From: Eledone cirrhosa
Taxonomy: Eukaryota
Length of the DNA stretch: 64,000 bases
Assembly: GCA_964016885.1 (NCBI GenBank)
Contig: OZ024740.1
Location: forward strand, 410,688,001-410,752,000
Direction of reading: 5' to 3'
The position numbers and the translations under genes were made by a program. Under the pieces are notes generated by a model, which saw nothing but the letters and a program-made list of their open reading frames with translations, made no database searches and was not told the origin of the DNA. Positions 41,801-55,291 of this stretch are shown here, one piece after another. The stretch's first letter is position 1; each line of letters opens with the position of its first letter.

Positions 41801-42300
41801 TGTGTGCGTATGTTGTTACTTTTGTTTTTGTTTTTGTTTTTGAGGCTCCAACGTAATTTTGTAAATGATTTTTCTATTTCTGACAAGCAACTAATTATAT
41901 TTTCCTTCTTGAATTTCGCATATTTAGGTGGTAGTTGTAATACAGATAATTCATCAGGGTCTACTGCAGTGTTGCCGTATATATTTGTGTTGTTGTTGTT
42001 GAACTCAGCTGTTAATGAGATGTCGGCCATATTTATACCGTCAATTTTGTCGGGATATCTATTGGTATTCTCTACAGTATCCTGATTTAGTTTTATCTGC
42101 TTAAGCCACTTTAGTTTCTTGTTAAAATGCTTATCACATTCTTGAGCAATGTACTGTTCTTCAGGACGTATAAGGCTTATAAATATTAGTTTTTCTCTTG
42201 GTGTGGTGATCTTAGTTATTTCTCGTATTAGGTTACGCTTATGTTTTTCTTGATGACTTAATTCTCTATAGATCTTCTTTTTATGTTTAGAATTAGTGAT
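38874..42300 (-). pseudogene. Disrupted PLE RT/GIY-YIG polyprotein
   Basis: ORF pieces 41509-42324, 39873-41564, 39528-39767, 39350-39538 and 38874-39143; TAG at 39873 and several frameshifts. Confidence 0.88.
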
Positions 42301-42303
42301 ATA

Positions 42304-42370
<67 letters not shown>

Positions 42371-42454
42371 TAATGATAATAAATTTGAAGACTAAAATCC
42401 AAAGAGGGCACGATAAGGATAAATATATATCGAATATATAAGAACCGTAGGGCA

Positions 42455-42601
42455 AATATTTATTAAAATAACAGATTAAAGTTTAAGCAAATAATCGCTG
42501 CTTTCACCCTTAACGGGATCTTCTGAAACTAACTAGTTTCAGAAGATCCCGTTAAGGGTGAAAGCAGCGATTCTTTGCTTAAACTTTAATCTGTTATTTT
42601 A

Positions 42602-42610
<9 letters not shown>
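42455..42610. repeat. Near-perfect palindrome (family F), HHR-like CAGAAGA...GAAA
   Basis: ~73-bp arms around AACTAACTAGTT; a related palindrome lies at 44008-44143. Confidence 0.85.
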
Positions 42611-42669
<59 letters not shown>

Positions 42670-42957
42670 GGAAAAGAATGAAACGAAATTTCATTTCTCA
42701 CTCTTAGTACGGCTGGTACTTAAATGTATGTATGTATGTATACGTACATACATATATGTATACAGACGTACAGTAGTATGTATATATATACATACATGCA
42801 CACATATATATGTACGTATGGGTTATATAGAATACACATATGAAACAATCACAGGGAATAATTTGTAACTTTACAAATTATATATATATATTAGAAAGTG
42901 AGGTTTTTTTACAAAATGAAAAATAACCGAGGTGTCCTACACGAGTGAAAGTATAGA

Positions 42958-43966
42958 AAAAAAAGATGAAATCGAAAATGCAACTGGAGTCTTATTTAAA
43001 AAATATATATATATTTATTTGGTTCCTTTACCGGTTTCGCAGTTCTTCTGCTTTTTAAAAGTAGAGTTGAGATGGAGGGTCTGTAGTTTTTCTCACATCT
43101 GGTTGGTCTCTGAATGTTACTTGTTTTATATGGAAAAAAGTGTCTCGTAACGCCAGGTTTTTAGAGAAGTAATTTGATTGGTTGGTCAATAAGTATAATA
43201 AATTTCGCGCCAGTTCGCGTTACAAAATTCTTCAAACAAGGGGGGGGGGGTGCTCAGGTTTTTTTTTCATATATGAGTGTTTGAATTACTTTTTACTTAA
43301 AAAAGGGACTCACGAAGGATTTTTCGAAAAAAAATGTAATCTGATTGGTTATAAATGAAATTATGGCTGTCACGTGAACAAGTTCATTAAATTTCGCGCC
43401 CGTATTTTGGAATTTGTTTTGTAGCCTTTTAGAGAATTTTATGACAATGAAAAAAGTGGCTCACGAAGGCTTTTTTTTTAAATGCAATTTGATTGGTTAT
43501 AAATGAAATTATGACTGTCAAATACGGGCGCGAAATTTAATGAACTTGTTCACGTGACAGCCATAATTTCATTTATAACCAATCATATTACATTTTTTTA
43601 GAAAAAGCCTTCGTGAGCCCCCTTTTTTAAGTAAAAAGTAATTCAAACACTCATATATGAAAAAACAACCTGAGCACCCCACCCTTGTTTGAAGAACTTT
43701 GTAACGCGAACTGGCGCGAAATTTATTATACTTTTTGACCAACCAATCAAATTACTTCTCTAAAAACCTGGCGTTTCGAGCCACTTTTTTCCATATAAAA
43801 CAAGTAATTTTCAAAGACCAACCAGATGTGAGAAAAACCACAGACCCTCCATCTCAACTAAACTTTTGAAAAGCAGAATAACTACGAAAGCGGTATAGGA
43901 ACCAAATAAATATATATATTTAAAAAAAAATAAGACTCCAGTTGCATTTTCGATTTCATCTTTTTT
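42958..43966. repeat. ~1-kb inverted repeat with ~445-bp arms
   Basis: AAAAGATGAAATCGAAAATGCAACTGGAGTCTTA...TTTCGCGCCCGTATTT mirrored by AAATACGGGCGCGAAA...TAAGACTCCAGTTGCATTTTCGATTTCATCTTTT; the spacer contains a partial duplication of the arm. Confidence 0.9.
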
Positions 43967-43967
43967 T

Positions 43968-44007
<40 letters not shown>

Positions 44008-44009
<2 letters not shown>

Positions 44010-44211
44010 TATTTATTAAAATAACAGATTAAAGTTTAAGCAAAGAATCGCTGCTTTCACCCTTAACGGCATCTACTGAAACTCCCGTTAAGGGTGAAAT
44101 CATCGATTCGTTACTTAAACTTTAATCTGTTATTTTAATAAATATTTGCTCTAGGGTTCTTATATATTTGATATATAGTTATCCTTATCGAGCTTTGGAT
44201 TTTAGTCTTCA

Positions 44212-44215
<4 letters not shown>
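44008..44215. repeat. Family F palindrome, second copy
   Basis: Same arms as 42455-42610 with a different junction; the long tail matches 42372-42455 inverted. Confidence 0.8.
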
Positions 44216-44291
<76 letters not shown>

Positions 44292-45285
44292 GTAACAAAG
44301 AAAGTGTGGTAAGAAACCAGGCAGACCAATAGCGCACCAGAGTACTCGATACTTAGGAGAGTGGGTAATAGAAGCACATATTTACATGTTGTAATACATG
44401 TAAATATAATAAAACAAAAGAACAAAATGTTTATAAGGTTTATTTTTAATATATGGAATCATGCCATGTTTTAGTAATATTTCTTCCAGAAGTTTGATTA
44501 TTCCATTTGATGATATTCCTCGAAGAGAGGAAATTTATTACTTTTAATTTTCTGATAGAAAATGTTTCAGATGTAATTCCCGTGACACCTGTTTCAAAAA
44601 GATCGAAAAACTCTAGCAATAAAGACAATGAGAATGACGCAACCTATCAGGTCTTAAAGTTGTAGACATCGTTCTCTCTTATTTCCTTATCTGCACGGTT
44701 GAAAATATTTATCAAATTTTATCAAGATATGTAAAATATGAATTAAGTAATTTTTCTAGTTAAAATAACGCTAAAACAACCATTTACATATTTCTGATTT
44801 AGCCCACGTCCGATCTGATCGAAGGGACCTGTGCTCGAATGGCATTCCAAGAAAGGCCACCTCATCCGTTTTTGTCTTCAGGATACAGAACACATCAGAA
44901 CATCTTATCCGATATCTCTCTTATATTTTTAAACAGGAATTTAGATAGGTTTGAATGATATTTCTATTTGGCACCCTTATTGGCGTATTTAAATATATAT
45001 AGAACACTGAAGTTGGCCTGAAATAATTAACAGCCAGTGTCTCTTATCCTCTGCAAGAACAAGTTGCCCGTAGATACAGATAATAATAATAATAATGATG
45101 AGATGAGGATAGTGATGATGATCTTAAATATTGAAAGATTAAGGAAAATTGGATTTTTCTTTTTCGGCCCAATACAAAATGACACTTTAAGAAACAGAAT
45201 AACATATAAACGCTGTTAAATATATCCGAAGAAAAACGTGGCTCTCAAGATTTACGTCTTAAACGTTCTTAAACAATAAACTCGC

Positions 45286-45671
45286 ATTGGATTGGTAGTA
45301 TCGGTAGAGGATCGGACGCTATGCTTTACAGCATAGAGTTATGGCCCTTCCTGATCTGAGTTCAAATCGCGCCGAGGTTAACTTTGCCTTTCATCCTTAC
45401 GGGGTCGATAAAATCAAGTACCAGTAATGTACTGGGATAATTGCTGGCTTTGTGCCAAAAGTAGAAAAAAATATTTTATATAACGTGGATTGGCAGTATC
45501 GGTAGAGAGTCGGACGCCATGCTATGCATTGTAGAGTTACAGCCTTTACAGTCTGAGTTCAAATTCCGCCGAGATTAACTTTGCCTTTCATCCTTACGGG
45601 GTCGATAAAATAAAGTACCTGTAATACAGTGCTATAATTGCTGGCCTTGTGCCAAAAGTAGAAACAATTAT
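45286..45671 (+). mobile_element. Two tandem family A SINEs (45286-45468, 45485-45671)
   Basis: Two full copies separated by ~16 bp. Confidence 0.85.
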
Positions 45672-46311
45672 TCTATATAACGCCTTTGTTCCCTCTGTGA
45701 ACCCTAATATTTTGAACTTGCTAACTCTGTACAGTAAGCGATTATTTCTTCATTTCTGCTGCCACTCTCAAATCCCTTTCCCCAGTAGTGTATCTCTTTG
45801 AAACTGCTAAAGAACATATCTTTTCTATTCATCCATTATCTCTAACGATTATACACTGAACACTATCCTTTTAACTTTGCAGTTTTCAATATAGCTTTCC
45901 TCAGACTAGCAGTAAAGTGAATGAACCTCCGTCAGATTCGGTTGTTCGATCAACTGAACTACAAACTCATTAAATGAGTGTGTAGCTAACTCAGTATTCC
46001 ACAGCTGTATGCACTCTTGACATACTCCTCAAACAAAATGTACGTTATACTATGTGAAAAGACTGAATATTGAAATACAGGTACAATTCTTCCATCGGCT
46101 TCTTTATTTGCTCAGGTTTGACTCCTTTTGAGGTCATCATAAAGAACAGTTCCCAAAGATGTGGTGAAGTGGTCTCAGCAATGAGAACGTCTTAAACATT
46201 CAGGTATGCTAACGATAAAGAAAACACAACCCATTTATATAGAATACTTTTACTTTAAGTAACTTACTTATACTTTATATATTCATTATTAGATATATAT
46301 TTTTTTTTTTA

Positions 46312-46620
46312 GGGCAGTGAATTGGCAATATCGGTAGAGGGTTGGACGCCATGCGTTCTAGCATAATTACGTCCCTTTACGGTCTGAGTTCAAATCCCGT
46401 CGAGGTTAACTTTGCCTTTCATCCTTACGGGGTCGATAAAATAAAGTACCAGTAATGTACTGGGTAATTGTTGGCCTTGTGCCAAAAGTAGAAACAATTA
46501 TTAGATATCTTTTTAAGGCAAGGTTAACTTTACCTTTCATCCTTAAGGGATCGATAAAATAAAGTACCAGTAATGCACCGGGTAATTGCTGGCCGTGTGC
46601 GAAAAGTAGAAACAATTATT
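46312..46620 (+). mobile_element. Family A SINE (46312-46503) plus tandem 3'-half copy (46519-46620)
   Basis: Full copy, then a repeat from AGGTTAACTTT to AGAAACAATTATTAGATAT. Confidence 0.85.
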
Positions 46621-48797
46621 AGATATATTTTATTATTGTAAAACTATAATTAGAACTACCTTATATCTGTCTTGGTGAAGAAATGAAACTTGCATGAAAC
46701 AAATTTACAGACATTTACAAAACGTAAATGTGATTAGTAACGAGTGAAAACAATTACTTCGAAATATCTCCAGTATCTTCTTCACCTACCTATAATTATG
46801 ACCGATAACTCTAACCAAAAATGGATAGATATGAACAGAAATAGGCGACTAGAAAATGGATATTGCTTGTGAATACAACGTGAATAAAGATTATATTACA
46901 ATTGTCTAATGGGTTTGCCACTGATTTCTAGTCAATACACAGCCAGAGAAAACAAAATCACACAAAGAAAGCATGCTGTTTGTAGTATAAAACGATATTT
47001 CACTCGGTGAATATTGAATGTAACGAAGTTGTTAATACGATATTGTTATAATAATTATTTGTTTTGAAGACATCTTTCTGTATTTAATCTCTCAAGAATT
47101 ATGTTTATCAAATTAAATATCATTTCTAATATTGTAATCTCTATCCTTCTCCCTGAAAAGAATTAACAGCTTTTAGTGTCAGAGAGTGGTGAGCTCTGCC
47201 AAGTTTAATAAGCTAAGACGGTACATCTAAGACTCAATCATTCCGGGCCAAATGAAGTGAGCGCCCCCATAACTCCACCGAATTATATAGAAGAATTATG
47301 TCATTATGTTTTATGTGTTTCGGGGATATTGTTGATATTGTAAGATATCTCATGTTATGGGAATTATATTAACCTATTCCTCATTTCCTGTGTTTGATTA
47401 GTGATAGCGTCTTATATAATTTCCTCTGTCTGCTTGATAAGGGTTGCACCGTTGGTTGTTTTGTAAGTCAACAACTGTGTTACCTCATATAATTTATATA
47501 TAATGCGTATTTAGAATTATAGAAAACATCTAGACATCGTGGTTGATACTCATACTTTCATGGTGAAAAAATATCGATATCATCCCAATACTCAATATAT
47601 TTATAATATATTTCAATATGACTGCTATTTTATCGATATTGTTTCATTTAAAATGTCTTTTTCCTCCCTTGCTTCTATGTATTTATTCCCTTTACACAGA
47701 CGCACATTTTAATACAAAGACAGAAGCACCTTGTTTCATGTTTTCTTCTGTATAAATATATTTGAGTTGTTTTTCTCCAAGTATCGTATGGATTCTCATA
47801 ATTATTTGGGATTTTTCTTTTAATGAATTTATATTAAACAGTGAATAGTTTCCTTTACACATTTTTATGTAGAAATTTTCTAATCGATTATACTTTCAAG
47901 TTTACAGATTATTTTCACCGCATCAGAATATCATAATCTGTAATGGAAAATAATATTTCATAAACTATATTTTAAAATCTTACAATTTTCTCGTCATTGG
48001 AATATATTTTATGTGAATTGCTTTTTTTCCAATGAAAACTAAACGAAGATATCGATTTGTTTTTAGTTCAATATATTAATAATGGGCACTTTCCTGTCGC
48101 AAGATATAGGAAGGAAAAGATTATGTATAAATTTTACATAAGCCGTTTAAAACAATTTTTCGTAGAACAATTCCAGTTCAAAGGCCAGTGACCGGCAAAT
48201 AAGCATTTGGAACCAATTTAGTGGGCGGATGTGCCAAATAACTTCCGTTATGACGGAAATGCATTTAATTAAATTCTCCACTGAAGGATGCAGGAGTTAT
48301 TGTGCATGACAAACGAAACTTGCTGCCATTCAGGAACACAAAGACCTATTATAAGTCGTTTAAAAGATATTCTAAACAGGACTGTACATTTTGACTCTAA
48401 GTCAAAATCCAGTCGTTATATGCTAAGGTCTACCAAATCAAGAGATACTGAGACAAAACATACTGTATTTGCGGATAATCTAAAGAACTACACTAATAAT
48501 GCGCACAATCCTGAGAAACAGCTGGGCTTAACATTTTCGGTTGACATAGAGATAGAATTTGGTGAAACAAAATGTTCATGAATTTCATTATGCGTTAGAA
48601 GCTAATTTCGTTATAGCAATGTATAAAATAATTAAAACTAAGTTAACATAAATATACATTCAGTGATGTTTACCGTGTGAAAACTATCGACTATTACTAA
48701 AATAATATATTTGGCCTATTGCGAGTGTAGCAGGAATTTAAAAAGAAAGAAAAAAATGAATAAATGAGGGGAGGAACGAAAGTGAGAGTGAGTCGTA

Positions 48798-48952
<155 letters not shown>

Positions 48953-49026
48953 CAATAGTATTCATAAATGGAAACTATCTTTATAAAACCATATTTATTT
49001 TGGTACGCACTCATCAGATAAAATTG

Positions 49027-49081
<55 letters not shown>

Positions 49082-49161
49082 TTGTGTATAATGGCAGCTA
49101 TGGTGCTTCCATAAGCGGTATGCCAAAATTAGCACTCAATATTCAGCACAGTAGAGTGTAG

Positions 49162-49623
49162 ATAGTATAAAGAAAACGAAAAGATCAGTGATGCATTTGG
49201 ACTCAATTTATTGCGTGTTACAATTGTTTCGCCGGCATGGCCCCTGTATGGATCTGGCTGATTCTACGGCTGCAGGTTCCTCCAGACACGGGTAGTTCGT
49301 TCGGAGCAAATTTTATCACTGGGGTGTTATCATAAAAAAACACCCTCAAAAAACCTCTTTCACTCTTGTCATGCCATTGGCTGTTGTTACTCCACGTAAT
49401 CTTAAGTTCTGGTCACTGTTTACTGCTACACGGGTCATCAGCCATTTTCCGTCCGACACACTTCAATGGAGTCATGCTGGGTTCGGTATTTCACACGTCT
49501 GTTCACACTCCAGAGCATGCACCCACACATACAAATACACACACACATATTCACACACAGGCAGACAGACACATGCGTGCATACACATATGCACGCATAC
49601 ATGCGTAGACCCCCCCCCCCACT

Positions 49624-49656
<33 letters not shown>

Positions 49657-49865
49657 GCTCCCTCACTTCCACAGACCCAGGCACACCCACTTCTAGGTAC
49701 AGACCGCCACAAGCCTATTAACGCCAGCTTATGTCGCGCCATATATCCGGTCCGACAGGCACGGCCCACGTAGACATACACATATACACACATACGCGCG
49801 CACACATGCCAACGCACAACCTTATGTAGATATATATATACACTCATACACACACATACATACAT

Positions 49866-49921
<56 letters not shown>

Positions 49922-50507
49922 GCACACACATACATACAAAATACACATACGTACACAAAATTACATACACACATACGTACACACACACACACATATATAT
50001 ACATGCATACGCGCAACCACACATATACAGACATATCTACATCTACATATACATACGCACACGGACTGCCACATGCAGACACCTGCACATTTGTTTACAC
50101 ACACATGTTTCCACATATACATGTATAAACAAAACCGTAAATTAAAAATACATTATATAATAAAAAACACAATATACCATAACATAACGGTAAGATAACA
50201 ACATAAAGTATCAATATAGTATACAATATGCACACACATTCACACACATTCATACATACATATACGGATATATACAATGGATATATGATAAAATAATAAA
50301 AATAAGAGTAACAAAACATGTATATATAATCCATATATAATCATCCGTACAGATTCCTGTGAGATGTACATAAACATATACATATATACACAAATACACA
50401 TATATAGAGGCCCACATATGCATACACCCGCACCCACACACATATATATATATACATACGCACCCACATACACACACATACCCATACGTAGCTATACGTA
50501 CATACAT

Positions 50508-50569
<62 letters not shown>

Positions 50570-51252
50570 TCTGCCACATACGTGCATACATGTACATGCA
50601 TGCACACATACGCGCTCATAAGCTCATGCCCATATACACACCCCCATACACCCCCCGCATATATATATATATCTACATACCCACACACACACATACACCT
50701 ACGCACAGGTACACACATAAAAACACCCAAATATAAATACAATAGGATAATAAAATAAAATAAATAAATTTACAATATTTTAGAATACATTAAAATCTGT
50801 ATGTAATTTCACAAATAGATACATAAAAAAGGGGTAAATAATAAATAGGGGGGCGGGGGGCGGTACAGGAGAAGGTGTGTGTATCCATGTGATATAATAC
50901 ACATAGGTAGTATGAGGAGCAAACTTGGGTCCGTATATAGAACATGTAACAGTAACAGAACAATAATAGAACAATAATGACAGTAATAATCATTGTTCCA
51001 AAGTGGAACATGTGGAGAGTATATAGTCACGATTGACGGGGTACACATTTTTTGAGGGTGTTTTTTGATGATAAAACCCCAGTGATAAAATTAGCTCCGA
51101 ACGAACTACCCGTGTCTGAAGGCACCTGCAGCCATAGAATCAGCCAGATACACACAGGGACCATGTCTCGAGCTACCTGCCGGCGAAATAATTGTAACAC
51201 GCAATAAATTGAGTCCAGATGCATCACTGATTTTTCGTTTTCTTTATACTAT
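49162..51252. mobile_element. Family G element: inverted ~190-bp arms (49162-49353, 51048-51252) with degenerate long-stem-II HHRs around a CA/TA-rich interior
   Basis: The arms are reverse complements. Plus arm reads CGTGT-CTGAAGG-~60 nt-GAAA-tAATTG-TA-ACACG-cAATAAA (51111-51208); TA-flanked. Confidence 0.7.
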
Positions 51253-51499
51253 ATATATATTGACGAGATTATAGTATTAGCCATAATCGCGTTTGCCCCC
51301 TTTTGGTCACTCAATGAGATATGGTTTGAACTTGTACCGAGCGAAACCTGCCTCAAAGTGTATATTCATAATGTGACGGTTGCATTTCTACGTCTGGACC
51401 AGGGTTTCTGCAAACGTAGTATGTTACGATAAGTGCAATTTGTAACTTGCCGAAAACTGTGATACTGTATTAGCTTCGTCAGCAGACAATGGATTATGA

Positions 51500-51543
<44 letters not shown>

Positions 51544-52132
51544 AGATGAAATTCACTCTACGAACGTGAAAGAGAATCACTGCTATATCAAAGTTGCCTG
51601 CAGTAAGCAGGGACTTTACGTGAGGGTGAATGGTATCTCTTTTGCCAAAGCACAATGGTAAATGGCGGCAAAAATTCGAAATATAATTCAATTCAGTAGC
51701 CATAATTTAGATCTCCATTAGCTTGGGAAAAATAAAAACGGAATTGTACAGAATAGTACAGAAACACAGAGGTAAAAAGGTAATTAATACAATTTACTTA
51801 CGTTACTGGTTGTCTGTTAACTGGGAGAATATATATATTGACGAGGTTAAAAAATTAGCCTTAATCCTGTAATATATATATATATATATATAATATATTT
51901 ATAAACACACAGATACATGCGGACACACACATATATACATGAATGCATCCGCACCCAACTGTGAGTTAAGGGTGCCAACTTCACCGATGTTGCTCAATGA
52001 ATGACTGGGACAGACCAATTCAGTTTGAACCAGACTGAACCAGTATCAGAGTTAAAAATACATTATGAAGAGAGAAGAAACATTTAGATATAATTAGTAA
52101 TAAAATGTATCATACCTAAACTGCTCCTAAAT

Positions 52133-52220
52133 TCCTCGACTACGTAGTTTCGTGGCATAAACAAAAACAATATATCAAAGATATAGAGTCCTTGCGAGGT
52201 CTGCCGACTTATCAAGAGGA
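52133..52220 (-). ncRNA. Type I hammerhead ribozyme, U3-A8 core (also 52724-52811, 53315-53402)
   Basis: TCCTC-TTGATAA-GT(c)GGCA..long loop..TGCCAC-GAAA-CTACGTAG-TC-GAGGA on the minus strand; GUC cleavage triplet. Confidence 0.85.
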
Positions 52221-53952
52221 TACCTCATTTTACTAGTCTCAAGAACGCGTCTACACGACGTGAGAAAGAATCCCAAAAGGCGGAGGGGGAGATAGTCACG
52301 CGATATAACGGTCGAGAAACAGAGCTAAGCCTCTTATAACCACGAAGAAAATACCACGGAGGCGGAGGGGGTATTCATATCGAGGCCGCAGAAGAGGTAG
52401 TGAAGAAGGCGAGAAGTATGAGTAATGGAAGCTTTCCAGTTGTCCCCACACTTCAAAGATTGCTCGACCAGAGGGAGTTATTAATATATTTATAAACACA
52501 CAGATACATGCGGACACACACATATATACATGAATGCATCCGCACCCAACTGTGAGTTAAGGGTGCCAATTTCACCGATGTTGCTCAATGAATGACTGGG
52601 ACAGACCAATTCAGTTTGAACCAGACTGAACCAGTATCAGAGTTAAAAATACATTATGAAGAGAGAAGAAACATTTAGATATAATTAGTAATAAAATGTA
52701 TCATACCTAAACTGCTCCTAAATTCCTCGACTACGTAGTTTCGTGGCATAAACAAAAACAATATATCAAAGATATAGAGTCCTTGCGAGGTCTGCCGACT
52801 TATCAAGAGGATACCTCATTTTACTAGTCTCAAGAACGCGTCTACACGACGTGAGAAAGAATCCCAAAAGGCGGAGGGGGAGATAGTCACGCGATATAAC
52901 GGTCGAGAAACAGAGCTAAGCCTCTTATAACCACGAAGAAAATACCACGGAGGCGGAGGGGGTATTCATATCGAGGCCGCAGAAGAGGTAGTGAAGAAGG
53001 CGAGAAGTATGAGTAATGGAAGCTTTCCAGTTGTCCCCACACTTCAAAGATTGCTCGACCAGAGGGAGTTATTAATATATTTATAAACACACAGATACAT
53101 GCGGACACACACATATATACATGAATGCATCCGCACCCAACTGTGAGTTAAGGGTGCCAACTTCACCGATGTTGCTCAATGAATGACTGGGACAGACCAA
53201 TTCAGTTTGAACCAGACTGAACCAGTATCAGAGTTAAAAATACATTATGAAGAGAGAAGAAACATTTAGATATAATTAGTAATAAAATGTATCATACCTA
53301 AACTGCTCCTAAATTCCTCGACTACGTAGTTTCGTGGCATAAACAAAAACAATATATCAAAGATATAGAGTCCTTGCGAGGTCTGCCGACTTATCAAGAG
53401 GATACCTCATTTTACTAGTCTCAAGAACGCGTCTACACGACGTGAGAAAGAATCCCAAAAGGCGGAGGGGGAGATAGTCACGCGATATAACGGTCGAGAA
53501 ACAGAGCTAAGCCTCTTATAACCACGAAGAAAATACCACTGGTTCAGTCTGGTTCAAACTGAATTGGTCTGTCCCAGTCATTCATTGAGCAACATCGGTG
53601 AAGTTGGCACCCTTAACTCACAGTTGGGTGCGGATGCATTCATGTATATATGTGTGTGTCCGCATGTATCTGTGTGTTTATAAATATATTAATAACTCCC
53701 TCTGGTCGAGCAATCTTTGAAGTGTGGGGACAACTGGAAAGCTTCCATTACTCATACTTCTCGCCTTCTTCACTACCTCTTCTGCGGCCTCGATATGAAT
53801 ACCCCCTCCGCCTCCGTGGTATTTTCTTCGTGGTTATAAGAGGCTTAGCTCTGTTTCTCGACCGTTATATCGCGTGACTATCTCCCCCTCCGCCTTTTGG
53901 GATTCTTTCTCACGTCGTGTAGACGCGTTCTTGAGACTAGTAAAATGAGGTA

Positions 53953-54040
53953 TCCTCTTGATAAGTCGGCAGACCTCGCAAGGACTCTATATCTTTGATA
54001 TATTGTTTTTGTTTATGCCACGAAACTACGTAGTCGAGGA
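53953..54040 (+). ncRNA. Type I hammerhead ribozyme, U3-A8 core (also 54544-54631, 55135-55222)
   Basis: Stem I TCCTC/GAGGA; core UUGAUAA + GAAA; stem III perfect palindrome ACTACGTAGT; predicted cleavage after C54035. Confidence 0.85.
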
Positions 54041-55291
54041 ATTTAGGAGCAGTTTAGGTATGATACATTTTATTACTAATTATATCTAAATGTTTCTTCT
54101 CTCTTCATAATGTATTTTTAACTCTGATACTGGTTCAGTCTGGTTCAAACTGAATTGGTCTGTCCCAGTCATTCATTGAGCAACATCGGTGAAGTTGGCA
54201 CCCTTAACTCACAGTTGGGTGCGGATGCATTCATGTATATATGTGTGTGTCCGCATGTATCTGTGTGTTTATAAATATATTAATAACTCCCTCTGGTCGA
54301 GCAATCTTTGAAGTGTGGGGACAACTGGAAAGCTTCCATTACTCATACTTCTCGCCTTCTTCACTACCTCTTCTGCGGCCTCGATATGAATACCCCCTCC
54401 GCCTCCGTGGTATTTTCTTCGTGGTTATAAGAGGCTTAGCTCTGTTTCTCGACCGTTATATCGCGTGACTATCTCCCCCTCCGCCTTTTGGGATTCTTTC
54501 TCACGTCGTGTAGACGCGTTCTTGAGACTAGTAAAATGAGGTATCCTCTTGATAAGTCGGCAGACCTCGCAAGGACTCTATATCTTTGATATATTGTTTT
54601 TGTTTATGCCACGAAACTACGTAGTCGAGGAATTTAGGAGCAGTTTAGGTATGATACATTTTATTACTAATTATATCTAAATGTTTCTTCTCTCTTCATA
54701 ATGTATTTTTAACTCTGATACTGGTTCAGTCTGGTTCAAACTGAATTGGTCTGTCCCAGTCATTCATTGAGCAACATCGGTGAAGTTGGCACCCTTAACT
54801 CACAGTTGGGTGCGGATGCATTCATGTATATATGTGTGTGTCCGCATGTATCTGTGTGTTTATAAATATATTAATAACTCCCTCTGGTCGAGCAATCTTT
54901 GAAGTGTGGGGACAACTGGAAAGCTTCCATTACTCATACTTCTCGCCTTCTTCACTACCTCTTCTGCGGCCTCGATATGAATACCCCCTCCGCCTCCGTG
55001 GTATTTTCTTCGTGGTTATAAGAGGCTTAGCTCTGTTTCTCGACCGTTATATCGCGTGACTATCTCCCCCTCCGCCTTTTGGGATTCTTTCTCACGTCGT
55101 GTAGACGCGTTCTTGAGACTAGTAAAATGAGGTATCCTCTTGATAAGTCGGCAGACCTCGCAAGGACTCTATATCTTTGATATATTGTTTTTGTTTATGC
55201 CACGAAACTACGTAGTCGAGGAATTTAGGAGCAGTTTAGGTATGATACATTTTATTACTAATTATATCTAAATGTTTCTTCTCTCTTCATA

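Larger units (their letters stand above)
38478..42300 (-). mobile_element. Penelope-like element, Naiad-like, 5'-truncated, inserted in (TA)n
   Basis: N-terminal LQLPPKYA..EIEKSFTKLRW; RT motifs TDKSGR, LYGLRKDHK, TRPVCG, SMDAVSLYPS, QEEGAAIG, RYVDD, D*PSKH..LPVLD; linker C-x4-C-x2-C..C; endonuclease NVVYSIRC..YIGETARS..RQITEA..LNRKHEW; HHR in the 3' end. Confidence 0.9.

Noticed and set aside
44558-44650. Possible plus-strand exon after TTTTCTGATAG
   Set aside because: Weak donor site and no homology signal.
48288-48581. 97-aa ATG ORF
   Set aside because: No motif, homology cue or splice context.
53650-53877. 75-aa ORF in each 591-bp unit, and possible endless translation because 591 is divisible by 3
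   Set aside because: No recognisable motif, it begins in a TG microsatellite, and no frame stays open across units in the ORF track.
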